44,824 nucleotides of DNA from Peptococcaceae bacterium (GCA_031265035.1 JAISDE010000108.1:1-44824); one strand, 5' to 3'. Shown: positions 1 to 10,371, counted from the stretch's first letter. Numbers and translations are program-made. Notes: generated by a model from the sequence alone, not told the origin.

Positions 1-210
1 GTCGTCAGGCAAGGCGGAGGAAGGAGGCATACCCGGGGCGGTATGGCGACTGACGACAACGCGGCCTGGCGGCGAAATAGCAAGCGAAAAACATCAATTT
101 ATTGTTTGACGAGTCCTAAAGTCGGGAGCGGCTGAATGGCTGAAAAGGGCTTTGGCTAAAGAGCGAAAAAGGATCTAGCTATATCGAGTCCAATTGTGAT
201 TTGGTGAGGC

Positions 211-239
211 TTGACGTTTATGGTAAAGATTGATAATAT
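211..239 (+). promoter_or_regulatory. candidate sigma-70-type promoter for the MATE gene
   Basis: TTGACG (211-216), 17-nt spacer, TAATAT (234-239); about 30 nt upstream of ATG 271. Confidence 0.4.
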
Positions 240-270
240 GATATAAGGTAAACGACAAGCGGGATAAATC

Positions 271-1722
271 ATGAGGCGGGCGGCGAGTCAAGCGATGGAT
301 CAAGATATGGATCAATATATGGGTCAAGAGTTGGATCAGGCGGCAGGTCAGGCGACGGATCAGGCTACGGATCAGGCGGCGGCGGGGCTGAACGAGAAAT
401 ACCTCAAAATGACCACGGGCTCGGTGGAAAAGCTGGTTTGCCAGCTGGCGGTGCCCACTATCACGATCATGATGGTATCCGCCATGTATAATATGGCGGA
501 TACCTATTTTGTCGGCTCGCTGGGCACCAGCGCCACGGCGGCCGTCGGCGTCACCTTTTCCCTGATGACCATATTGCAGGCGATTGGCTTTTTCTTTGGC
601 AACGGCGCGGGCAATTATATCGCCCGGGCCTTGGGCGCGCAAAAGCGGGGCGACGCCGCCAAAATGGCGACCACCGGCTTTGTCTCCGCCTTTTTGATCG
701 GCTGCGTCCTGGCGGCGGCGGGCCTGCTTGCCTTGTCCCCCCTGGCCCGGTTGCTGGGCGCCACCGATACCATCCTGCCCTACGCCCGGGAATATCTGTT
801 TTTCATACTGCTGGGCGCGCCATTCATAGTCTCCTCTTTCACGCTCAACAATTTGCTTCGTTTTCAGGGCAACAGCTTTTTCGGCATGATCGGCATGGTC
901 AGCGGCGCGGTATTGAATATCGCTCTGGATCCCTTGTTTATTTTCGTTTTTCATTGGGGGGTCGCCGGCGCCGCTTCCGCCACGATGATCAGCCAGGTAG
1001 TGAGTTTTATTTGCCTTTTGCTAGGCAGCGGCAAAGGGGGCAGCATCCGGATTTCCCTCCGGGATTTCTTGCCCCGGCCAGACATGTACAAGAATATCGC
1101 CCAGGGCGGTATGCCGTCGCTTTTGCGGCAGACGCTGCTCAGTCTGGCCACCGTGCTGCTGAACCGGGCCGCCGGCGGCTACAGCGACGCTGTGATCGCG
1201 GCCATCGCCATCGTCAACCGGATCGTGATGATCAGCGGCGCCGCCATGCTCGGCTTCGGCCAGGGCTTTCAGCCTGTCTGCGGCTTTAATTATGGCGCCA
1301 AGCAGTATGATCGGGTAAAAAGGGCTTTTCGGTTTTGCGTCATGGTATCCACGGTGTTTTTGGCGGTGCTGGCGGTGATTTGCTTTATTTTCGCGCCGGA
1401 TATCATCGGGTGGTTCAGAAAAGACGACCTGGAGGTAATCAGCGTCGGCGCTTTCACCCTGCGGGCGCAATGCCTGGCCTTGCCGCTGGCTGGCTGGATC
1501 ATCTCCAACAATATGTTTCTGCAAACCATCGGCAAGGTGGTACCCGCCAGTGTCTTGGCCCTTTCCAGACAGGGGCTGTTCCTGATCCCCCTGCTTTTCG
1601 GCCTGGAGTCGGCCATGGGACTGACCGGGATTCAGATTTGCGTCCCCATAGCGGATGTCTGCACGTTTTTGCTGGCGACCCCTCTGGGCATAACGGCGCT
1701 ACGCCAGATGCGAACAGGGTGA
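271..1722 (+). CDS. MATE family efflux transporter
   Basis: 483-aa ORF that is hydrophobic throughout. The typical MATE N-terminus (VEKLVCQLAVPTITIMMVSAMYNMADTYFVGSLG) begins only after Met47 (ATG 409). Residues 6-37 are a repeat-encoded low-complexity tail, so the true start is either 271 or 409. Confidence 0.9.
   Translation: MRRAASQAMDQDMDQYMGQELDQAAGQATDQATDQAAAGLNEKYLKMTTGSVEKLVCQLAVPTITIMMVSAMYNMADTYFVGSLGTSATAAVGVTFSLMTILQAIGFFFGNGAGNYIARALGAQKRGDAAKMATTGFVSAFLIGCVLAAAGLLALSPLARLLGATDTILPYAREYLFFILLGAPFIVSSFTLNNLLRFQGNSFFGMIGMVSGAVLNIALDPLFIFVFHWGVAGAASATMISQVVSFICLLLGSGKGGSIRISLRDFLPRPDMYKNIAQGGMPSLLRQTLLSLATVLLNRAAGGYSDAVIAAIAIVNRIVMISGAAMLGFGQGFQPVCGFNYGAKQYDRVKRAFRFCVMVSTVFLAVLAVICFIFAPDIIGWFRKDDLEVISVGAFTLRAQCLALPLAGWIISNNMFLQTIGKVVPASVLALSRQGLFLIPLLFGLESAMGLTGIQICVPIADVCTFLLATPLGITALRQMRTG
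286..381 (+). repeat. 8 x 12-nt head-to-tail tandem repeat (core RTCARGNNNNNG, later units GATCAGGCGGCN)
   Basis: AGTCAAGCGATG GATCAAGATATG GATCAATATATG GGTCAAGAGTTG GATCAGGCGGCA GGTCAGGCGACG GATCAGGCTACG GATCAGGCGGCG. In frame this reads SQAM DQDM DQYM GQEL DQAA GQAT DQAT DQAA. Confidence 0.9.
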
Positions 1723-1744
1723 GAACAGGGTGAGAACAGGGTCA
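1712..1744 (+). repeat. 3 x 11-nt tandem repeat spanning the MATE stop codon
   Basis: GAACAGGGTGA GAACAGGGTGA GAACAGGGTCA; the stop TGA 1720-1722 lies in copy 1. Confidence 0.9.
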
Positions 1745-1767
1745 GGCGGCCGCTTACGGCCGCCTGA
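1742..1767. terminator. GC-rich hairpin between convergent genes (possible bidirectional terminator)
   Basis: Perfect 11-bp stem TCAGGCGGCCG / CGGCCGCCTGA with a CTTA loop. There is no U-tract on either side, so function is uncertain. Confidence 0.4.
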
Positions 1768-1773
1768 GGTCGC

Positions 1774-3678
1774 CTAACGGGGCGATACGTATTCGGAGCT
1801 TTCCGGATCCTTGGTGGGATCATATTCCGGGCTGGTGGGATCCAACTGGGGATTGTAGGCCGGGTTGTAGGGATCCCTGGCCGGCTGGTATTCCGAGCTG
1901 CTGGGATCCTTGCGGGGATCATAGGCCGGCGGATAGATGATCGTCACGCGGTAAATGCAGATCAGCCGCTGGTCGGCGTCATACATGGTTTCCATGCCAA
2001 AAGCGGTGGCCAGCGCCCGCAGCGGCAGCACAATCCGCCCCTCCCGCAGCCCGGCGGGCACATCGCTGGTGTATTGCTTTACCGGGTCGCTTCTCTCCCG
2101 CTGGAGAATGATCGGGCTGCCCGCCGACATGGAGGTTTCCGTCTGATTGTAGATAAAGGTGGCGGTACGGCTGGCTTGATCCCACCGGGTCAAGGCATTG
2201 AGGGTATCCGCCAAGGGCCTGGCGGTGAGCATGGTACGGCCTTGCTGGATAAAGGGCGGGATGTCCACCTCAATATTTTGATCATTGGCGATGGCGTTTT
2301 CGTCGCCGATGGCGCAAAGCAGGTATTCCCCCCAGTTGCGGGCGCCAAAGACATACATGCCGCTGCCCAGAAGGCCGCAGGCTTCCTCGCTGACCGTCCC
2401 GTCCAGATAGCCCTTTAATTGCTCCGGCGTGCCCAGGCCCACGGCGTAGCGGCCCAGGCAGATATCCTTGGAGGCCAGCCGAAAAGCGAAAGCGCCGCCG
2501 TCGCTGGTGGTCAGGGTCGTGCTTTTGTCCAGGCTGCCCGCCGTCGCGTAGGCGCTCACCAAATGCTCCTTGCGCACCGGCTGATCGTCCTCCGACATGG
2601 CGACGCCGCTGATGATCAGTTTATCCCAGCCGTCCTCCGTCGTCGGCAGATTGTAACGGAAATTATTGCCATATTCCAGCCCCTTGGGCTTGGAAAGGCT
2701 GACCCGGGTATGGGCCCGACTGATTTCCGGCTTTTCCTCCTCGTATTCTTCCTCCGGATCGGCGCCGTAGTCATCCGTAGTCATATCGAAGACATTTTCC
2801 GGCAGATCCACAAAAATAAACTCGCCAAATTGCTGACCGTCCACCGAGGCGGTGATCTCAAAATCCCCCAGCTCCGCCGCCCGCACCACAAAGGAGGCCT
2901 GGCCCTGGGCGTTGGTCGTTATCACGGTGCTGGCGCCGGTTTCCTGCCCGGGGGCGGAGACAGTGGGATAGAGGGTGAGGCCCGGCTTGTCCGAGCTGAT
3001 CCGAACCCTTTTATTGGCCACCGGCTGATCAATCTCGGTACGGAGGGAGATCGTGCCGATGGCGTTGTCCGAGATGCCGTCGCCGGTGACGGCGATGGTG
3101 TCTTTGTCAAACTCCATCACGCAAAACTCGGCGTTCAGGCTGCCGGCGATAAAATAGAGGGGGAAAATATCCCGGCCCGCCGCGCCCTGGATGATCCGGC
3201 CGGGGACGGCGCCGATTTCTCCCCGCAGAAATTGGGCCGCCGCGTCCTGGGAGGTCAGGGAAAAGGCGACCCAGGAGACACCCGGCTTGGAGCTGGTAAT
3301 GGTAACCTTAAATAGGCCCGCCTGGCCGCCGCTGACGCTGACGCTGTCCTCTTTGCGGCTGGAGGCGCCGTAAACCGGCCCGGTCAGAAAGCCGCCGCTT
3401 GAGTTGCGGTCGAAAAGCATGAGCTCTATTTCCGCCGCGTCGCTGCCGTCGGCCAGCGCCGTATCCACCACCACATAGGCACGGGAGTCAAATTGGGCGT
3501 AATCCTCGGCCAGCGCTGGCAAGGGGAAGACGATGGCCAGCAGGAGCGGCAGGGCGGCCAAAATCGCGCCGAGGCGCCGGGGGAAACCATGCCCTCTACC
3601 CGAATGGCCCCTACCAGAATGCCCCCTATCCGAATGTCTCGTATCCGATCCCGATGGCTGCCTGCCGCTCATACTCAT
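1774..3678 (-). CDS. secreted protein with an Ig-like (Big/invasin-type) region and a copper-amine-oxidase-N-terminal-like domain
   Basis: The ORF runs 1774-3684 from a GTG; ATG 3678 lies 5 nt after GGGAGGG. Signal peptide LGAILAALPLLLAIVFPLPALA. (GHSGR)x3 repeat near the N-terminus. C-terminal GRTMLTARPLADTL ... GRIVLPLRALATAFG pair typical of Cu_amine_oxidN1 domains. P/Y/D-rich tail. Confidence 0.75.
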   Translation of the reverse strand: MSMSGRQPSGSDTRHSDRGHSGRGHSGRGHGFPRRLGAILAALPLLLAIVFPLPALAEDYAQFDSRAYVVVDTALADGSDAAEIELMLFDRNSSGGFLTGPVYGASSRKEDSVSVSGGQAGLFKVTITSSKPGVSWVAFSLTSQDAAAQFLRGEIGAVPGRIIQGAAGRDIFPLYFIAGSLNAEFCVMEFDKDTIAVTGDGISDNAIGTISLRTEIDQPVANKRVRISSDKPGLTLYPTVSAPGQETGASTVITTNAQGQASFVVRAAELGDFEITASVDGQQFGEFIFVDLPENVFDMTTDDYGADPEEEYEEEKPEISRAHTRVSLSKPKGLEYGNNFRYNLPTTEDGWDKLIISGVAMSEDDQPVRKEHLVSAYATAGSLDKSTTLTTSDGGAFAFRLASKDICLGRYAVGLGTPEQLKGYLDGTVSEEACGLLGSGMYVFGARNWGEYLLCAIGDENAIANDQNIEVDIPPFIQQGRTMLTARPLADTLNALTRWDQASRTATFIYNQTETSMSAGSPIILQRERSDPVKQYTSDVPAGLREGRIVLPLRALATAFGMETMYDADQRLICIYRVTIIYPPAYDPRKDPSSSEYQPARDPYNPAYNPQLDPTSPEYDPTKDPESSEYVSPR

Positions 3679-3704
3679 TACCACCCTCCCAAACTACCCC
3701 TCAA

Positions 3705-6518
3705 TCAATCCTCCGCGGAGGTCTTGCCGCAGCATTTCTTGTATTTTTTGCCGCTGCCGCAAGGGCATAACTCATTGCGCCTCACCTTGCTGCTCACCGC
3801 CGGCTGCTTTTTTGCCGCCGGCGGCTGTCCTAACGCCCGGCCGCCGGCGGCGGCGCCCCGGTTCCTGGCGGCCTGCCTGATCGCTGCGCCAGAGCCGGCC
3901 GAGCCGGCAGTTCCGCCGCTGGCGCCAAAAGCGCCGCCGGCCGAGTCGTTGTGGCTGGCCACCAGATTGCGCCGCTCCTGGGGCCGCTCCACTACATTGA
4001 CAAAATAGACAAAGCGGGTGATTTCCTCCTGAATATCGGCGATCATACCGCTAAACATCGCGTAAGCCTCATGGCGGTACTCCACCAGGGGATCCCGCTG
4101 CCCGATGGCTCGCAGGCCGATGCCCTGCCGCATCTGATCCATGGCGTCCAGATGATCCATCCATTTTTGATCTACTGTCCGCAAGGTGATCATCCGCTCC
4201 AGATCCCGCATCATCTCCGGACCCAGGCTGTTTTCCCTGGCCTCATAGTCAGCCAGCGCCGCCGTCAGGATAAGCTCCCTGACTTCCTCGGGAGTCAGCT
4301 GACCGGCGCTAAGATCCTCCGCGCGCACCGAGCGGGAGGGCAGGAAATGGTTGTAGGCGTAGTCCAGCATCCCGCTTAAATCCCATTCCTCCACATATTT
4401 CTGCCCGCCGGCGAAACGATCCACCGTCCGCTCCGTCACCTTCTCGATCATATCCACCACGGTGGCCCGCAAATCCTCATTTTCCAACACCCGGCGGCGC
4501 TGGTCATAGATCACCCGCCGCTGCTCGTTCATCACGTCGTCATATTCCAGCACGTTCTTGCGGAGCTCAAAGTTCCTGGCCTCCACCCGGCGCTGGGCGC
4601 CCTCCAGGGCCTTGGTGATCATATTGTTTTCCAGGGGCATATCGTCGTCCATGCCCAGCTTGTCCATGATCCCGATCAGGTTGTCGCCGCCGAAAAGCCG
4701 CATCAGGTCGTCTTCCATGGAGATATAAAACTGGCTGGAGCCCATGTCGCCCTGCCGGCCGGAACGGCCCCGGAGCTGATTGTCGATGCGGCGGCTCTCA
4801 TGGCGCTCGGTGCCGATAATGTGCAGGCCGCCGGCGGCCACGACCCGCTCATGCTCCGCGTCCGTCTCCCGCTTTACCGTCGCCAATTGCTCCTGATAGT
4901 GGCGCCTGGCCTCCTGATGCTCTGTCGCCGCCGCCTCAATGACGCTGTGACTGGCGGCGATCTCCACCACCTCGGGGGGCAGGCCCGCCACCAGCATATT
5001 TTGGCGCACTATAAATTCCGGATTGCCCCCCAGAATGATATCGGTGCCCCGGCCCGCCATATTGGTGGATACCGTCACCGCCCCTAGCCGCCCGGCTTGG
5101 GCGACGATGACCGCCTCCTGCTCATGGAATTTGGCGTTCAGCACATTGTGGGTGATCCCTTTTTGGCGCAGCAGGTCGCTTAACAGCTCCGACCGCTCAA
5201 TAGAGATCGTGCCCACCAGCACCGGCTGGCCGGTATCATGGCGCCTGGCGATATCCTCCACCACCGAGTGAAATTTGCCCGCCTCCGAACGGTAGATGAT
5301 ATCCGGCATATCCCGGCGCACCATCGGCATATTGGTTGGAACGGTCACCACATCCAGTTTGTAGATTTTGCGAAATTCTTCTTCCTCCGTCATGGCGGTG
5401 CCGGTCATACCCGCCAGCTTGCCGTACATCCGGAAATAATTTTGGAAGGTAATAGACGCCAGGGTCTGAGACTCTTTTTCCACCTGAACATTTTCTTTCG
5501 CCTCAATGGCCTGATGTAAGCCCTCGTTGTAACGGCGGCCAAACATCAGGCGGCCGGTAAACTCGTCCACGATGATGATCTGCCCATCCTTTACCACATA
5601 GTCCACATCCCGTTTCATCAGGGCGCGGGCGTGGAGGGCCTGATTGACATGGTGGGCCGCCTCGGCGTTTTCCGGATCATAGAGATTCGTCAAATTCAGC
5701 AGACGCTCCATTTTGGCCACGCCGTCCTCGGTGAGGACGGAGCGCTTGGCCTTCTCGTCCACCGTAAAGTCCTGCTCCTCTTTCAGCCGGCGGATCAGAT
5801 CCGCCATCTGCCTGTACATGGGCTTGGGCGCGTCGCCCTGACCGGAGATGATCAGCGGCGTCCTGGCCTCGTCGATCAGGATGCTGTCCACCTCGTCCAC
5901 GATAGCGTAACTCAGCGGCCGCTGCGCCATCTGCTCCGGCCGGAAAACCATATTGTCCCGGAGGTAATCAAAGCCAAACTCATTGTTGGTGCCATAGGTG
6001 ATGTCCGCCCCGTAGGAGCGGCGCCGGGCCGAGTTGTCCAGCCCATGCACGATCACGCCCGTCTCCAGGCCCAGGAACTGATGGATTTGCCCCATCCACT
6101 CCGCGTCCCGCCGGGCCAGATAATCGTTGACAGTCACGATATGCACGCCGTCGCCCGCCAAGGCGTTGAGATAAGCTGGCAAGGTGGCCACCAGGGTCTT
6201 GCCCTCGCCGGTCTTCATCTCGGCGATCTTGCCGTCATGCAGCACCATGCCGCCAATGAGCTGCACGTCAAAATGCCGCATCCCCAGCGCCCGCCGGGAA
6301 GCCTCCCGCACGACGGCGAAGGCTTCCGGCAACAGTTGATCCAGGCTCTCACCGCCGGACAGCCGCCGGCGAAATTCCTGGGTTTTTGCCCGCAGATCAT
6401 CGTCGCCCAAAGCTTGGATCCCAGGCTCCAGGTCGTTGATGATCGCCGCCCGCTTTTCCAGACGGCGGATTTCCCTGCGATTGGTATCTAAAATTGATTT
6501 CAGCAAACCTAAGGCCAT
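3705..6518 (-). CDS. secA: preprotein translocase ATPase SecA
   Basis: The ORF track gives 3705-6527 (GTG); ATG 6518 gives [10 protein letters not shown]. Motifs [41 protein letters not shown], and the C-terminal zinc motif [14 protein letters not shown]. Confidence 0.97.
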   Translation of the reverse strand: MALGLLKSILDTNRREIRRLEKRAAIINDLEPGIQALGDDDLRAKTQEFRRRLSGGESLDQLLPEAFAVVREASRRALGMRHFDVQLIGGMVLHDGKIAEMKTGEGKTLVATLPAYLNALAGDGVHIVTVNDYLARRDAEWMGQIHQFLGLETGVIVHGLDNSARRRSYGADITYGTNNEFGFDYLRDNMVFRPEQMAQRPLSYAIVDEVDSILIDEARTPLIISGQGDAPKPMYRQMADLIRRLKEEQDFTVDEKAKRSVLTEDGVAKMERLLNLTNLYDPENAEAAHHVNQALHARALMKRDVDYVVKDGQIIIVDEFTGRLMFGRRYNEGLHQAIEAKENVQVEKESQTLASITFQNYFRMYGKLAGMTGTAMTEEEEFRKIYKLDVVTVPTNMPMVRRDMPDIIYRSEAGKFHSVVEDIARRHDTGQPVLVGTISIERSELLSDLLRQKGITHNVLNAKFHEQEAVIVAQAGRLGAVTVSTNMAGRGTDIILGGNPEFIVRQNMLVAGLPPEVVEIAASHSVIEAAATEHQEARRHYQEQLATVKRETDAEHERVVAAGGLHIIGTERHESRRIDNQLRGRSGRQGDMGSSQFYISMEDDLMRLFGGDNLIGIMDKLGMDDDMPLENNMITKALEGAQRRVEARNFELRKNVLEYDDVMNEQRRVIYDQRRRVLENEDLRATVVDMIEKVTERTVDRFAGGQKYVEEWDLSGMLDYAYNHFLPSRSVRAEDLSAGQLTPEEVRELILTAALADYEARENSLGPEMMRDLERMITLRTVDQKWMDHLDAMDQMRQGIGLRAIGQRDPLVEYRHEAYAMFSGMIADIQEEITRFVYFVNVVERPQERRNLVASHNDSAGGAFGASGGTAGSAGSGAAIRQAARNRGAAAGGRALGQPPAAKKQPAVSSKVRRNELCPCGSGKKYKKCCGKTSAED

Positions 6519-6665
6519 AGGGAACACACCTGCTTTCTATGACCTTCATTATACGCGGTTTGCCCGGAAAATACAACCTGAAACGAAGTGAAACAATTTC
6601 GTTTGTTGTTCGGGGCTGTCAATCTGACAACTTCGCCCGCCTCTGTCGACCGTTTTTTCGGCCGC

Positions 6666-7970
6666 TCATCGCTCAACCGCCGGCTCATCCAGCATGATAC
6701 GCAGGATTTCCGCGTCCGTCTCCCGCATACCGTCCCGGCCGAGCCTGCCCACGCCCTGAATGGTGTTTTCCACGCCTTTTTTGATGATGCCGTCGCCGCC
6801 GCGAAATTGCGCGCCGCATTGGTACATTTGGAATCCCATGATGCCGGCCTCCACCGCCATGGCGATTTTGGCGGCGCAGGACGGTTTGGCGCCGTCGCAG
6901 ATCATGCCGGATAAAATAGCCAGGGCGTTGACCAGCGCGTGGGCCACCTCTCGCCGGCCGCCGCCCAGCAGATAGGCGATCCCGGCGCCGGCGGCGGCGC
7001 CGGCGCAGACCACGCCGCAGTAGGCGGACAGGCGGCCGATATATCTTTTTTGATGCAGCGCGATCAGATCGGAAAGGGCTACCGCCCGGATCAGCCTGTC
7101 CGTTCCCACGCCCCGGGCGCGAGCGTATTCCGCGATGGGCAAAGAAGCCGTGATCCCCTGATTGCCGCTGCCGGACAAAATGATGACCGGCAGCTCGCAG
7201 CCGCTCATGCGGGCGTCGGAAGCCGCCGCCGCCATCGCTTTGGCCCTGGCTCTGGGATCCCCTTCGCTGTCTCGCAGCAGCAGACGGCCAATCCCCGCCC
7301 CGTAGCTTCCCGCCAAGCCCTCCAGGGCGACGGCGGTATTGTAATCGATCTGCCGTTGGATCAGCGGCTGGAGGTCTTCCAGCCGCGCGCCATCCGCGAA
7401 AGCGACAATATCGTCCACATTCAGCAGCCCGTCGTCGCTTTCCGATCCGGAGCCGGCGCCTGTTTCCCCCGCGGGGAGATCCAGCAGGATCTCCCCGTCC
7501 CGCTCCAGATAAACGATATGGGTATGCTGGTCGCTGATGCGCAGCTTCGCCTCGGCGGCCCCCGCCCCCGCGGTGATCAGGATGTCCAGGATCGGGCCGG
7601 GCGGGGCTTGGGTGACGGTGATTTCCCCGTCGGCCAGGTATCGCCGGATCTCGGCCTTTTGACTTTCGCTGATCCGGGAGATGACCTCCAGGCCCAGTTC
7701 CCCGTCCCCGGCGATCAGGCCGGCGGCCACCGCGGCGGGGATGCCTTTCATACCGCCGGTATTGGGCACGACGACGCTTTTGGCGTTTTTGATGATATTG
7801 CCGCTCACAGCTACGGCGACCCGCTCGGGCACACAGCCCAGCAGCGCCCGGATTTTGGCAGCCGCGAAGGCCAGGGCGACAGGCTCCGTGCAGCCCATAG
7901 CCGGCAGCAACTCCCGGGCCAGGACGCGCAGGTAAGCCTCATATTTTGGATCCCCATAACAGACGCTCAT
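6666..7970 (-). CDS. L-cysteine desulfidase family protein (UPF0597 / YhaM-like)
   Basis: 434 aa. N-terminal LLPAMGCTEPVALAFAAAK and ILSGSGNQG motifs characteristic of this family. GGGAGG RBS upstream of ATG 7970. Confidence 0.8.
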   Translation of the reverse strand: MSVCYGDPKYEAYLRVLARELLPAMGCTEPVALAFAAAKIRALLGCVPERVAVAVSGNIIKNAKSVVVPNTGGMKGIPAAVAAGLIAGDGELGLEVISRISESQKAEIRRYLADGEITVTQAPPGPILDILITAGAGAAEAKLRISDQHTHIVYLERDGEILLDLPAGETGAGSGSESDDGLLNVDDIVAFADGARLEDLQPLIQRQIDYNTAVALEGLAGSYGAGIGRLLLRDSEGDPRARAKAMAAAASDARMSGCELPVIILSGSGNQGITASLPIAEYARARGVGTDRLIRAVALSDLIALHQKRYIGRLSAYCGVVCAGAAAGAGIAYLLGGGRREVAHALVNALAILSGMICDGAKPSCAAKIAMAVEAGIMGFQMYQCGAQFRGGDGIIKKGVENTIQGVGRLGRDGMRETDAEILRIMLDEPAVER

Positions 7971-8259
7971 AACTATTACCTCCCAAAGCGTATATGAGCA
8001 TTTTAACAGACAGCGCCAAAAAAGGGTAGAGCGGATCCACTACATAGCTTCGCGCCAAGAATGTCAAGAAATTTTATCTTAGAGTGAATTGTTAAACACA
8101 TGTAAGGCCCAGAGGGTCTTGACATTACGGCCAGTGTTGTGTTAGACTAACTTAGGGAATGAATATTATACGTATACGGGACGGATACAAAACAGCCACA
8201 AGGCAACGAGTCGGCCGGCGCTGGCCCGGATACCCGAAAGGAGCGGATCGCTGATAAAT

Positions 8260-9105
8260 GTGACAGTCAATGAATTGATCTCCTATTATGGCGCCGCGCA
8301 GCCCTTGCTTTTGGATACCTGGCTGGAGCAATATCGGGCTGTGGGGCGGTTGGACGGCGACCAGACAAATTTGGCCGGCAGCGGTCTGCTGATCCCTTTG
8401 TCGGGCCGGGCTCAGTACACGCTCAACGGGACTGTGTATGACTTGCGCCCGGGCGTAGTCCTTCACGCCGGAGCCTCTATGAAATTAAGCAAAAAATCCG
8501 TTGGCGACAAGCCTTGGCGCTACATGGTGCTGCATTACAAAATCGCGGCCGGCGCCGCCGAGCTGCGACAGTATCACGATTCTCATTTCCTGATCACTAC
8601 GGGCGTCAGCGCCCAAATCGCCGATATGGCCCTGCGGCTTCACAATGGGCGGCAGCTGCCCGATGAGTTGGCCGGTCTGCGGAGCAAAACGGTTTTCGCC
8701 GCCTTGATTGAGGAAATCGTCGCCGCCGCCCTGCGATACAGCAGCGACAGCCGGGAATCGCTCATGGATGAGGCGATCAACATACTGCGAACGCGGTATC
8801 GGGAAAGCATCACCATTGGGCGGCTGGCGGCTGATAGCGGTATGAGCCTGAAACAATTCAGCGCTTTGTTCCGCAAAAAAATGGGGGTAGCCGCTATCGA
8901 CTACCTGACGGATTTGCGGCTGCGGCAGGCCAGGGAGCTGCTGATCACCGGCGAGCACAGCGTCCGGCAAGTGGCGGCAAGCGTGGGGTATGAAGACAGC
9001 TACTATTTCAGTCGCCTGTTTAAGCGACGAGTCGGCCTTTCCCCCAGCGCGCTGACGGCGGGTCGGGAGATCGGCGCCAGTCCCGAGGGCCGAAAAACGG
9101 ATTGA
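8260..9105 (+). CDS. AraC family transcriptional regulator
   Basis: 281 aa, GTG start. C-terminal double helix-turn-helix (ITIGRLAADSGMSLKQFSALFRKKMG ... VRQVAASVGYEDSYYFSRLFKRRVGLSPS). Confidence 0.85.
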   Translation: MTVNELISYYGAAQPLLLDTWLEQYRAVGRLDGDQTNLAGSGLLIPLSGRAQYTLNGTVYDLRPGVVLHAGASMKLSKKSVGDKPWRYMVLHYKIAAGAAELRQYHDSHFLITTGVSAQIADMALRLHNGRQLPDELAGLRSKTVFAALIEEIVAAALRYSSDSRESLMDEAINILRTRYRESITIGRLAADSGMSLKQFSALFRKKMGVAAIDYLTDLRLRQARELLITGEHSVRQVAASVGYEDSYYFSRLFKRRVGLSPSALTAGREIGASPEGRKTD

Positions 9106-9137
9106 GAAAAAATCTGAAAAAATCTAAAGAAAAAATC
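9103..9137 (+). repeat. three tandem A-rich units starting at the AraC stop codon
   Basis: TGAGAAAAAATC TGAAAAAATC TAAAGAAAAAATC; stop TGA = 9103-9105. Confidence 0.8.
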
Positions 9138-9247
9138 CATCCTTCCGAGGAATTCCTCCATTTTCCCGAGGCGGGTTTCCTGTTATAATCGGCTCATTTG
9201 ATTTATGATGTTATCTAAAACTAACATCTTTGAAGGAGCGAGTAAAC

Positions 9248-10339
9248 ATGATTAAAAAACCCTTGGCCATTTTAATGAGCGCGGCTATCTCTCTGGCGGC
9301 GCTGACGGGCGCCTGTTCCGCCGGCGGCTCTCCCGCCCAAAACCCGGCGGGCGCCGGGTCTGAGACGCCGCCCGCCGCCGCTGTCGCGGCGCCCCCCGCC
9401 GCCTCGGCTGCCCAGCCCCCGGACTCGACGGACGCCGCCGCCCGGACGGTTTATCCGCTGACCATTGATAATTACGACGCGGACGGCGGCGCCTTTGTCC
9501 AGGTATTCCCGAAAGCCCCGGAGCGGGTGGTCGCCACCACTCAGGCCAACATCGAGATAATGCTGAAGCTGGGCTTGGGGGACAGGCTGGTAGGCGTCGC
9601 CAACATCATCAGTGATTTCCCGGCGGATTTACAGGCGGAGGCCGCCTCCCTCAACGAGATTTCCAAGCAGTGGCCGCCGATGGAGGTGGTATTGGGCGTA
9701 TCCCCGGACTTTGTAATGGGCCGAGCCTTCGATTTCAATGAGGGCGAATATGGCCTGGGCACCGTGCGCTCTTACAGCGACATGGGCATCAACACCTTTA
9801 TCTGGGCCTCCAGCAGTATTACCGGCGATCCCACTATGGAGGACATTATCAGCGATATCCGCGTCATCGGCCAGATCTTCGACGCGCAGGCCAGGGCCAA
9901 CGCTTTCGCCGACGAGCTGCAGGCTCGGCTGGATCAGGTAAAGGCGTCCCTTCCCGCCCAGGCGGGCGAGAAGAAGGCCCTGATGATTACCGACTTTGAC
10001 GGCAGCACCTATGGCCAATACGGCGCCAAGGCCAAGCTGCAAAACGACCTGCTGGCCAAGCTGGGCTACGTCAACGCCACGGAGCAGGCGGGCAATTCTC
10101 TGGGCCTGGAGACCATGGTGGCCATTTCCCCGGATATTATCATCTATATCGAGTATGACGGCAGCGCGCTGGAGCCCCAGGAGGCCATCAATAGCCTCTT
10201 GGCCCAGGACGCTTTGCGGGGTGTCCCGGCCATCGCGAACAACGCGGTTTACCGGGTGCCTTTCAACAACATTATGGGCCACGGCTACTGCACCATCGAG
10301 GGGCTGACCCAGTTGGCGGAGCAGATTTACCCCAATTAG
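9248..10339 (+). CDS. ABC transporter substrate-binding lipoprotein, Fe-siderophore/cobalamin (FecB/BtuF) class
   Basis: The ORF track starts at TTG 9230; ATG 9248 follows GAAGGAG. Lipobox LTGAC. Ala/Pro-rich linker. Lies in an operon with a FecCD permease and a FepC-like ATPase. Confidence 0.85.
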   Translation: MIKKPLAILMSAAISLAALTGACSAGGSPAQNPAGAGSETPPAAAVAAPPAASAAQPPDSTDAAARTVYPLTIDNYDADGGAFVQVFPKAPERVVATTQANIEIMLKLGLGDRLVGVANIISDFPADLQAEAASLNEISKQWPPMEVVLGVSPDFVMGRAFDFNEGEYGLGTVRSYSDMGINTFIWASSSITGDPTMEDIISDIRVIGQIFDAQARANAFADELQARLDQVKASLPAQAGEKKALMITDFDGSTYGQYGAKAKLQNDLLAKLGYVNATEQAGNSLGLETMVAISPDIIIYIEYDGSALEPQEAINSLLAQDALRGVPAIANNAVYRVPFNNIMGHGYCTIEGLTQLAEQIYPN

Positions 10340-10371
10340 GACGATTAACCCTAAGGCGGAAAGGTTACGCG

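Noticed and set aside
1-135. Hairpin GTCGTCAG...CTGACGAC (1-56) and possible 3' end of an upstream gene at the window edge.
   Set aside because: The open frames here give implausible, unrecognisable peptide ends. The window edge prevents any assignment.
6588-6640. Stem-loop AAACGAA-gtgaaacaat-TTCGTTT between the cysteine desulfidase-family gene and secA as a terminator.
   Set aside because: The U-tract follows the stem only on the plus strand, where no gene is being read. On the relevant minus strand there is no U-run, so I do not call it.
9106-9247. Cobalamin or other riboswitch ahead of the BtuF/FecB-like binding-protein gene.
   Set aside because: Only about 140 nt are available. Much of it is A-rich tandem repeat plus a TATAAT-like box, and no B12-box-like conserved core is visible.
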